Positions 8,387 to 15,904 of a DNA stretch of 23,479 bases are shown here, piece by piece (within the stretch, counting starts at the first letter, position 1; each line of letters begins with the position of its first letter). Below the pieces are notes generated by a model. The model was not told the DNA's origin, searched no databases, and saw only the letters and a list, made by a program, of their open reading frames with translations. The translations under genes were made by a program, and so were the position numbers. This stretch comes from a virus, in the IMG/VR virus record IMGVR_UViG_3300002038_000006, positions 1-23,479 of that record; one strand, 5' to 3'.

Positions 8387-8417
8387 AGGGGGGGCTTCGG
8401 CTCTCCCTTTATTTTTT
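8387..8417 (+). terminator. Intrinsic terminator
   Basis: AGGGGGGGC-TTCG-GCTCTCCCT followed by TTATTTTTT. Confidence 0.9.
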
Positions 8418-8448
8418 CTTTAGGTATGATAACTAAGAGGAAGATACA

Positions 8449-9036
8449 ATGAAAACTAGAAATCAAATCATTGAAGACACTGTCCGTCTGAAAGAGAAAG
8501 GCTATGCTAATCTCAAGAACGATAGTGGGGGTGAAACAATGTGGGGTATCACTACTGGTATTGCTGAGAAGTATAAGAACCTATGGGATAAATATGGGTT
8601 CACTGGCGATATGAAATCTATGCCTCTAGCTTTGGCGTATGAGATATATGCAATTGCTTATTGGGATGAGATGTATCTTGATGAGATATTGAAGATATCA
8701 CCTATGTTAGCTGAAGAGATATTCGACACTGGAGTTAACTGTGGACCTAAGAACCCACAGGAGTGGCTACAACGCTGTCTGAACGTCTTAAATAAACAGG
8801 GGTCTCATTATTCGGATATTGTAGTTGATGGCGACACAGGGCCTGCTACGGTCTCTGCGCTGCAAGGACTGTACAACAAACGCGGTACTGAGGGAATGAT
8901 GGTATTATTTTCAATGCTTAACGGTTTCCAAAGCGTATACTACGTTGAAATAGCTGAAAATAAAGAGACCTTGGAAGATTTCGAGTACGGCTGGCAAAGA
9001 AGTAGGGTGTTCCAGAACTTAGCTGGTAATTTATAA
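8449..9036 (+). CDS. Endolysin, glycoside hydrolase family 108 with C-terminal peptidoglycan-binding domain
   Basis: EKGY...ND.GGET.WGIT catalytic motif, FDTGVNCG, and LQRCLN...VDG.TGP.T. GAGGA RBS. Confidence 0.92.
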   Translation: MKTRNQIIEDTVRLKEKGYANLKNDSGGETMWGITTGIAEKYKNLWDKYGFTGDMKSMPLALAYEIYAIAYWDEMYLDEILKISPMLAEEIFDTGVNCGPKNPQEWLQRCLNVLNKQGSHYSDIVVDGDTGPATVSALQGLYNKRGTEGMMVLFSMLNGFQSVYYVEIAENKETLEDFEYGWQRSRVFQNLAGNL

Positions 9037-9040
9037 AGAC

Positions 9041-9075
9041 AAAAAAATAAAGGAGGGCACTAAGCCCTCCGTTAT
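9041..9075. terminator. Bidirectional terminator between convergent genes
   Basis: GGAGGGC-ACTAA-GCCCTCC with an A-tract on the left (U-tail for the - strand). Confidence 0.85.
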
Positions 9076-9081
9076 GTCCGC

Positions 9082-9696
9082 CTACTGTTCTGCGTAACCT
9101 TTAGCCCTACCGTTTTCAATGATGTACAATTCCTTCATTACTAGGATGTACACATATCTACTAAGGACAAGACATGCAGTTGTTAAGGCTACCCCGATTA
9201 TGGTAGGTACACTATAGAGAACCATTAATCCACCGATACCACCTAAGGTTACAGCACTTAAAGCATTTATCCTACCCCGCAGTAAAGAGAACTCACCACA
9301 GGATTTAATGACCTGAGAGTTGTTCTTATCACGCAAAGGTGTAATAACTGATTTAGTTGCCATCATTAACCCAAGGCTAGCCAATAATATCGTATCAGGA
9401 TAGATGTCCCATTCGGTTAACCAGAAACCTAGGATACACAATATCTCTATTGCTACAATCCAAGTATAGGAACGAACGGGATTCTTAATCACGTATCTAC
9501 TTAACCCCGGTAACAGAACAGCTAACCCCAATACAGGAGTCATCCAATCTTTTATCGCCAGTCCTTTCTCCCCAAAGGTAGAGGAGAGAAGACCAACGGT
9601 TATTGAGATTAAGAATACGTAAGTAGACTTCGATAGAAATTCGTAAGTAAGGTAATACTTCCTTAACTTACTTAGCTGTCGCAAGCTCGTTATCAT
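9082..9696 (-). CDS. Multi-pass membrane protein, unknown function
   Basis: 204 aa with about 5-6 hydrophobic segments. GAGG RBS. Confidence 0.8.
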   Translation of the reverse strand: MITSLRQLSKLRKYYLTYEFLSKSTYVFLISITVGLLSSTFGEKGLAIKDWMTPVLGLAVLLPGLSRYVIKNPVRSYTWIVAIEILCILGFWLTEWDIYPDTILLASLGLMMATKSVITPLRDKNNSQVIKSCGEFSLLRGRINALSAVTLGGIGGLMVLYSVPTIIGVALTTACLVLSRYVYILVMKELYIIENGRAKGYAEQ

Positions 9697-10080
9697 CGGT
9701 TACCTCTTTCTTTTCTGACTCTAACTCTATCAGAAAATAATGGTAAACCCAACGCGACAAACTCATGAAACCAATAGCTAGAACTGTATTGACCATAATG
9801 TCTACTTTATAGACAGTCATCGCAACACCAACCGAAGTGACTATTACCAGTACGATGGAAGAGAATCTCTCAGCAAGTACTGACTAATCTTGGGTATGAA
9901 CAATAACAAACCAAAGATAGGAGTTGAATAGTCACGAATGATTATACCTAGACCATCGAAGTACTTAACGATGAGTATTACAGTAACGGCAACTAAGAAG
10001 ATGTTACAGGCATTCACTAGGAGTACGTATAACAGATGTAGTTTCCTTAACTTACTAAGGTTCTGTATTTGGTTCAACAT
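9668..10080 (-). pseudogene. Internally deleted, frameshifted paralog of the 9082-9696 membrane protein
   Basis: The N-part (LSKLRKLHLLY...IRDYSTPIFGL) aligns to the paralog N-terminus. A second frame (SVLAERFSSIVLVIVTSVGVAMTVY...LSRWVYHYFLIEL, TAA at 9668-9670) aligns to its C-terminus. About 60-70 middle residues are missing. Confidence 0.75.
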
Positions 10081-10717
10081 CTTCCACAGGCTCCTTTACT
10101 TCTTCTACCGGGGCAGGTGGAACTTCACGGCCGTACATAGCCAATACTTCTTTTAAATCATTAATGGTATCTTCACCACCATGTTTAAAGATGTGATGAA
10201 TTTGGGCATCACTGAACTGTAGAGCATACGCTTCAGTTTCCCAAGGTAAGTCACGCCATTGGTAAGGCATGCGTTCTGGGGTAGTAGTTTGGTCAATCAA
10301 TGATTGTGGGTACAAAGTACCTTTCCAAACCGTACCACCATCAACGAAGCGTAGGTCACCACGTTCGAATTGACCTAAGTGGATAGCTTCGTGAGTTAGT
10401 GTCACTTCAAGTAGATTCACATCTGTGTTGATTAGAATCCAAGGTTCACCACCAATGGTAGTGAAGAATGTAGATACATCAATGTCTACAACTGGACGTA
10501 GTTCACGACCAACGATTGCTTGATGATGGCGAGAAGACATGGCGCAAATCTTCACGTTACCCAAACGAAGCTTAGTAGCTTTCGATATGGCATGTTTCAT
10601 TTGACGTACGTAAGTCTGGTCATTACAGGCTTTAGCCATTTCACGACGTTGTTGCTTATTGTACATACTTAATGCTTCGCGGTTTTTCTTATCTTCGAAG
10701 AAGTTTTGAAAGTTCAT
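10055..10717 (-). CDS. Putative zinc metallopeptidase-like protein (HExxH)
   Basis: LTHEAIHLGQ...GDL plus downstream PWETEAY. Confidence 0.7.
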   Translation of the reverse strand: MNFQNFFEDKKNREALSMYNKQQRREMAKACNDQTYVRQMKHAISKATKLRLGNVKICAMSSRHHQAIVGRELRPVVDIDVSTFFTTIGGEPWILINTDVNLLEVTLTHEAIHLGQFERGDLRFVDGGTVWKGTLYPQSLIDQTTTPERMPYQWRDLPWETEAYALQFSDAQIHHIFKHGGEDTINDLKEVLAMYGREVPPAPVEEVKEPVEDVEPNTEP

Positions 10718-10725
10718 ACTGGGTC

Positions 10726-11025
10726 CTAGTTATAGTTATTTACTACGGTTGAATTGTTTGGGATGGTAACACCGTTCAATGCTGGGTAAGGACTCTCCAC
10801 TATAAGAGTACAGCTATCTGGGTATTTCCAATCGAGACTGGCGAAAGAGTTAATAACTCCATTCACTACCTGCTCTGGTAAATCATTTATGGTTACAGTA
10901 AATAAGTCAAAGTTATCTACCGATTGGTTTTTCTTAACGAACTTAATACCGTATTTAGTATTAATGTTAAGGACAGGCATTGCGTCACCTAACTTACAGG
11001 TTATGCCTAAATGGGTTGTACTCAT
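10726..11025 (-). CDS. Hypothetical protein
   Basis: 99 aa ORF with AGGGAAGAG RBS, tightly packed with its downstream neighbour. Confidence 0.75.
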   Translation of the reverse strand: MSTTHLGITCKLGDAMPVLNINTKYGIKFVKKNQSVDNFDLFTVTINDLPEQVVNGVINSFASLDWKYPDSCTLIVESPYPALNGVTIPNNSTVVNNYN

Positions 11026-11092
11026 GCTCTTCCCTTGGATTCGGCGGTCGCAATCAATTCAGAAAACAACACTGGTTTTAAATCCCAGTGGT

Positions 11093-11428
11093 CTATCGCT
11101 TTTTAGCATTAGTGATATATTTCCTTAAATCCCTAACGCCCTTAGCATGTAGTTTACTACACCTTTTGGGACTTAAGCCATAGTTATTTATGGCAGCGGA
11201 TAATCTAATCCAGTTATTTCCATCTAGGATATATTTAACCCTACCGCCTTCGACCCGCTCTCTGTCATAAGGGATTACTTCACAGTAGTGTTCAACTAAG
11301 TGATGCATCTTTATTTTCTTCTCACAACAGTGGTTACCGGGTATGTTAGTAATCTTAGCAACGTGATGGTTATCCACCAGTTCTTTCATTCTACCTAACC
11401 AGTAAGAGGTCATCGTCTCTTTATTCAA
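11093..11428 (-). CDS. Hypothetical protein (possibly the 3' part of a decayed gene starting at 11553)
   Basis: 111 aa ORF with a weak start. The frame continues upstream through a single TAG at 11483-11485. Confidence 0.55.
   Translation of the reverse strand: MNKETMTSYWLGRMKELVDNHHVAKITNIPGNHCCEKKIKMHHLVEHYCEVIPYDRERVEGGRVKYILDGNNWIRLSAAINNYGLSPKRCSKLHAKGVRDLRKYITNAKKR
11111..11122 (-). promoter_or_regulatory. Possible phiKZ-type early promoter (TATATCAC)
   Basis: AAATATATCACT on the - strand ~85 nt upstream of the 11025 gene. It resembles the phiKZ early consensus TATATTAC; a similar ATATATCATC lies at 21391-21400. Confidence 0.3.
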
Positions 11429-11616
11429 TAGTGCATGGTGATAAGCAACTAGTCCACCGCAGTATCTTCCACCGTTGATAAACTATCGAACATACCCTGC
11501 TAAATCATCATCTGGGCTACCAAATGTAAAGGCTCGTTCTTAACTATAATCATTTCGTAAATTCCTGCAACAGGTTCTATATTAAAAACGTCCTGTGTAA
11601 AAATAGTATAGACGGC

Positions 11617-11646
11617 AAAAAGAACTACTCCCACAAGGAGAGTAGT
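11617..11646 (-). terminator. Intrinsic terminator
   Basis: On the - strand ACTACTCTCC-TTGT-GGGAGTAGT followed by TCTTTTTGCCG. Confidence 0.75.
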
Positions 11647-11791
11647 CTAAAGGGGAATATACAATGAAACCTAATAAAAGGAAGTCAGCATCAAACACAT
11701 CACAAGTGAAGCTCGCCTTCTAACCAAAGTCTGGACCCGACTCCGTCTAATGGTTATAGTTCGAGAAAGTTATCTACTAACATATAATAGG

Positions 11792-12418
11792 TTATGGTTG
11801 ACTATTAAAACATAGCTCTTCTTGTTGACGAATAGATTCTACCATGTAGGTATCACCATCCCCTACCAACAACCTATTTCTCTCTTGTACCTCTTTAATT
11901 CTTTTTGCGCACCCATAATACTTAACAATTACTTGCTGAAGTTTATTTCCGTCCACATCGTCAAAGTAGGTAACTCCTTCTACCGTATCATCTTCAAAAA
12001 CTCCCTTTGAATGAAATTGCAGAGTCTGAAACTCTGTACTAAAATATACCGAGCCTAAAAATCGAGCAGGTATAGTTAACAAGGCTATTCGGAAACAACT
12101 TTCCAAAGAGGCAATCATTTTGTAAATATTATCGGGCCTTACGTTAGCTCTTGCCAGAACTGTCTGTAATCGTCTCACAATCCTATCAGGAACTAGTTCG
12201 TCATCTAACAGGGGAGTAAGTCGGGCAATCACATACTTGCAGAGAATGCGCATTAAGACAACGTTAACCTTCTCGTCATCGTAACACAAGCGTCCACGTA
12301 CATTGAATATAACCGTCTGACCTCGGTCGAACATTAGTTCCGATAATGGATTGTCTTCGCAATTTGCCCATTCATCTTCGAGAGGGTTAATCCCTCTTCG
12401 CTTACCGGGTACAATCAT
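11792..12418 (-). CDS. Hypothetical protein
   Basis: 208 aa ORF with GAGG RBS and no recognisable motif. Confidence 0.8.
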   Translation of the reverse strand: MIVPGKRRGINPLEDEWANCEDNPLSELMFDRGQTVIFNVRGRLCYDDEKVNVVLMRILCKYVIARLTPLLDDELVPDRIVRRLQTVLARANVRPDNIYKMIASLESCFRIALLTIPARFLGSVYFSTEFQTLQFHSKGVFEDDTVEGVTYFDDVDGNKLQQVIVKYYGCAKRIKEVQERNRLLVGDGDTYMVESIRQQEELCFNSQP

Positions 12419-12516
12419 TCAGTTACCTCTGCTGGTTCTAGAAAAACACACTTACACAAACTTACAACTTAATAGTTCTATATCAAGACGTTGGTGTGTA
12501 ATTTTTATTCAGCGGC

Positions 12517-12540
12517 ATAAAAGGACTCTTACGAGTCCTT
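12517..12540 (-). terminator. Intrinsic terminator
   Basis: AAGGACTC-GTAA-GAGTCCTT then TTATGCCG on the - strand, right after the holin stop. Confidence 0.8.
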
Positions 12541-12557
12541 GTAGTATATGCTTAAGA

Positions 12558-13217
12558 TTACATTCTAAGTATTTTCTTGGTAATGACACTACCGATAGAA
12601 CCACCTAGAGTACTCTTGGGTTCTGTAGGAGCACCTACCTGAGCATTAGCCCTTGCACGCTTATCTTCACTTCTGTCGAAGAAGTAAGACCTGATGACCC
12701 AAATAGGGAAACCTAGTATTACACTCCACGAAGTATAGTCAGGTAACAAAGTTCTCAATGCTGTTAATTCTGCTGCTGTACCAACACCCATGCTGTCAGA
12801 CTTAAAAGCTTCCATCACAGACTTGGCTATAAACCAATTAGAGTAGATAGCTGCACCCAAACCAACAACAACCAACAATGCCATTAGGATAACTACCACT
12901 GGTCTTACCCAACCATAGCCTTTATCTGCCTGCATCATTGCTAAGCGTAACTTAACAGTGTTGTCATCAATGTGTGCTTCATGCTTAAGCTTCTCTATCT
13001 CCTTCGCGACTTCACTTTGAATAATGATAGCCTTCGTTTCTGGCGGGAGACCTTTGACTGCCTTAGCAACTTCTTCGCCCGTTGCCTTTTTCGGGTCGAG
13101 TCGTTTATCTGGTTCGACGAATTCATTTACCTTCTCAATTAATTTATCACCAAGTGACGGTATGACCGCACCTAGTACTGCTTTACCTACTGTTCCTAGT
13201 ATCGTTAGGAGGCCCAT
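12558..13217 (-). CDS. Putative holin (GTA 3TM holin-like family)
   Basis: Amphipathic N-terminus, coiled region, W-V-R-P before a TM helix, and C-terminal YFF.RS.DK, matching the WRP...YFG.RS.EK pattern. The ATG at 13217 has a GAGGG RBS (the track starts at 13241). Confidence 0.65.
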   Translation of the reverse strand: MGLLTILGTVGKAVLGAVIPSLGDKLIEKVNEFVEPDKRLDPKKATGEEVAKAVKGLPPETKAIIIQSEVAKEIEKLKHEAHIDDNTVKLRLAMMQADKGYGWVRPVVVILMALLVVVGLGAAIYSNWFIAKSVMEAFKSDSMGVGTAAELTALRTLLPDYTSWSVILGFPIWVIRSYFFDRSEDKRARANAQVGAPTEPKSTLGGSIGSVITKKILRM

Positions 13218-14058
13218 TCCAGTACCCTCTTCGTATTGCATCAGATAGTGCTAACTTAATAGCCTGATGTTCGTTTAAAAGTTCAGAGCCAATTGAAGTG
13301 TATCCCAACTTAGCCCCCCATAACTTACCGTCACCACCACTAAAGGTGTATCCGTACTCGATAAGTTTATCATACACGGTGTCTAAGTGAACGGTGGTGT
13401 AGCCGTGAGAACCGTAATACGTTACCAACTCATTCACTATAACAATAGCGAGAGGAGAAGCTTTGATAGTAGCCTCTGTAAGCATCTGTATGACCTCGTC
13501 GTAGACTTCTTTCTCAGATGCTTCCGATGATACCACAATTGTAAAAGGATTGTTCTCCGCGCACTCTAGGAAGCGTTCACGCACTTCTTGTTGATACGTT
13601 TTACCTTTTAGTTCAATATTGTCACGTTCACGGTCACCAATACGTTCATCGGCTATATCCACATCAACATCTACAAGTATAATGATGTCAGGAGTAACTA
13701 TGTCTACGTGCAACTGGTTAAATAACTGACGCTGCTGTTGACCATCCACCTGATATGCTTCACTACACATCAAACATCTATCCGACACTACATGCTTATC
13801 GGCAAGTAGTGCTGGTTTAATTAATTCGTTCTGCATAGAGTCTCTAGCAGTATAGATTAATAATAGTTGTTGTTTGAGGGTTAGGTTGGCATCTTTATTT
13901 TCAAGAATGAGTTCACGAATAGCATCCGCTGTGGGAGTTCCCGAGTATTCATGTACTTCAACTATTTCTTTTGGTTGATTTTGTTCCAACCACGATTTTA
14001 CGGCACGAGAGGCTGTGGTCTTGCCACAGCCATCTATGCCACTTAAGGCTATGTACAT
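13183..14058 (-). CDS. tmk: Thymidylate kinase with ~95 aa C-terminal extension
   Basis: P-loop GIDGCGKTT, LL..ARD, VVSDR...SEAYQ, PDIIILVDVD, and RD.IE lid. Confidence 0.92.
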   Translation of the reverse strand: MYIALSGIDGCGKTTASRAVKSWLEQNQPKEIVEVHEYSGTPTADAIRELILENKDANLTLKQQLLLIYTARDSMQNELIKPALLADKHVVSDRCLMCSEAYQVDGQQQRQLFNQLHVDIVTPDIIILVDVDVDIADERIGDRERDNIELKGKTYQQEVRERFLECAENNPFTIVVSSEASEKEVYDEVIQMLTEATIKASPLAIVIVNELVTYYGSHGYTTVHLDTVYDKLIEYGYTFSGGDGKLWGAKLGYTSIGSELLNEHQAIKLALSDAIRRGYWNGPPNDTRNSR

Positions 14059-14072
14059 TTTACTTTCCCTTG

Positions 14073-14438
14073 TTAGACAGAGTGATGATTAGACAACAAA
14101 TGAGGGTGTCCAGTAAATATTTCCCCATCGCTATCTTTAATCCATTCCCAGCCTGTTGGAGTTACTACAATGTATCCACAATGACGCATTGAGTATAACC
14201 CACGTATACAGTGTGTGCCGAAAGGAAGAGACCGGTCGTGAAAGTGTTCTTTGTAACCATGTGCTTTATAGAAAGCAAATACGTCACCAACACTATTCTC
14301 GTTGAGCTCTAACCACTTGTCAGGGTTTATGTGAAACACTGCTACATCATCGTGCTCAGGATGACGTCGTGGCTCTTCCTTACCCGCTAAAGGTAATCCA
14401 GTTAATATATTTGCGTGTGCTAAATGAATTTTACTCAT
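14073..14438 (-). CDS. Hypothetical protein
   Basis: ORF between ruvC and tmk. The ATG at 14438 avoids overlap (the track starts at TTG 14501). Confidence 0.7.
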   Translation of the reverse strand: MSKIHLAHANILTGLPLAGKEEPRRHPEHDDVAVFHINPDKWLELNENSVGDVFAFYKAHGYKEHFHDRSLPFGTHCIRGLYSMRHCGYIVVTPTGWEWIKDSDGEIFTGHPHLLSNHHSV

Positions 14439-14457
14439 ACCTACAAACTGCTCTTTA

Positions 14458-15027
14458 TTATAAGTTTTTATTAAAGAGTCTATCGATTTTCCAATATCCA
14501 ACGGCTACGGCATCTGCCGCATGTTCAGACAGATAATCGAGAAGTGTAACCGTGTCGGCATCGTAGACCACGTTCGGCAACCTTTTAATAGCCGCCATTA
14601 CTTCTTCTTTATCTTTGGACTTACCACTTACCCCTACTGCCTTTTTAGCACTGGGTGGGTCAACATGGTCAAAGTCGACCAGTATGTTGTACTTGATAGC
14701 TGCTTTACGAATTCCACTAACAGCTTCAACTAGAGCTGCATAACTGTTAGGGAACCTACCTAAGAAAGGAGCCTCATGTACAATCGAATGAGGTCCCCAT
14801 CGATTGAAGAATTCCAACAAGTATTCTTCATGGTAACAAAGCTTGGCTGTTCGTAGTCCAAAGTGAGAGATAACTTCCGGAAACTTATTAGAGCCAGCTA
14901 CTGCATCAATTGTTTCAGCGTAACGAATGTGGATACGGCCAGTAGATAGACATACGTCCAATACTGCTATACCCAACTTATCTAACGCGGGGTCAATTGA
15001 GACCACTCTATAGAAGTTATCTTCCAT
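14458..15027 (-). CDS. ruvC: RuvC-like Holliday junction resolvase
   Basis: SIDP...LG, HE.PF, P..AKKAV.......K..V, and H.ADAVAVG catalytic motifs. Confidence 0.9.
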   Translation of the reverse strand: MEDNFYRVVSIDPALDKLGIAVLDVCLSTGRIHIRYAETIDAVAGSNKFPEVISHFGLRTAKLCYHEEYLLEFFNRWGPHSIVHEAPFLGRFPNSYAALVEAVSGIRKAAIKYNILVDFDHVDPPSAKKAVGVSGKSKDKEEVMAAIKRLPNVVYDADTVTLLDYLSEHAADAVAVGYWKIDRLFNKNL

Positions 15028-15040
15028 TTTATTTACCTTA

Positions 15041-15904
15041 TTAAACTACTGGAGTACCACTAGAGTTAGTATCAACAGCTAACGGTTCAGATGCACCCAA
15101 GTCAATCTTCAGATTGAAACCATTGTTAGCAAATGCCATAGGGTACATACAAGCAACGAATACAGCTACTTGAACACCACGAGCTTCTAACATCGAGTAA
15201 GGGTTACCTGATACAGGCTGAACGTTAATGTTCGTGTCCTGACCACTACAGATACCAATTTCGGATACTACAGCGTAAGCTTCGTCATTATGACGGATAC
15301 GACAAACTTGTTTAAGGTTTTCTGCATCTGTAGCATTGAAGTCGATTTCAAATGTAGTGCTAACTGAAAGAGTTTCACCAGTACCTTCCGTAACACCTTC
15401 TGCTGCTATTTCAACAGGAGTAGGGTTTAGGTCAGACTGAGTAGGTTGGAAGTTGATTGTGTCAGTTCCATTTTCAGTAACTACTGTGTGTTCGTAAACA
15501 ATCGGTTGTTGTCCACTACCTACACGCTTCATGTAGTAACAGTAGTAGTCTACACCATTGAATGGCTCAACTGTACGTAAAGCATACTTAGTACGTTCGT
15601 TATCGTCTAAGTCATTGTCCAACTCACGCATTACAAATGGTAAGTGTTTGAACAAGGCTGCGTCACGCGCACGGTGAGGACGAGATTGAACTAATGCTTG
15701 ACCATCGGCACCAGAATAGTTCTTGTGTCCACCACGACCGATTACATAGTAACCTAGCGTAGGGTTCTCATCAGGGTTCTCAGTAGCAAGTACGTTGAAC
15801 TTCTCGTTGAGGGTTGTATGTTGCTGTATAACGTGCTCACCGTTATTAAACATAGCTGTTTGTAAACCATTGCCATAAATGGTACGTTTAGTTGAAAGAG
15901 ACAT
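15041..15904 (-). CDS. Virion structural protein (phiKZ gp127-like)
   Basis: 287 aa with TTLNEKF, IG.GGH, H...DAALF.HLPFV.R...DL and SEIG.CSG, recognised from phiKZ-like structural proteins. TAATG coupling with the upstream gene. Confidence 0.7.
   Translation of the reverse strand: MSLSTKRTIYGNGLQTAMFNNGEHVIQQHTTLNEKFNVLATENPDENPTLGYYVIGRGGHKNYSGADGQALVQSRPHRARDAALFKHLPFVMRELDNDLDDNERTKYALRTVEPFNGVDYYCYYMKRVGSGQQPIVYEHTVVTENGTDTINFQPTQSDLNPTPVEIAAEGVTEGTGETLSVSTTFEIDFNATDAENLKQVCRIRHNDEAYAVVSEIGICSGQDTNINVQPVSGNPYSMLEARGVQVAVFVACMYPMAFANNGFNLKIDLGASEPLAVDTNSSGTPVV

Noticed and set aside
3815-8430. TATG late-promoter motifs upstream of fibre 2 and the endolysin
   Set aside because: A 4-bp motif is too frequent to support without TSS data.
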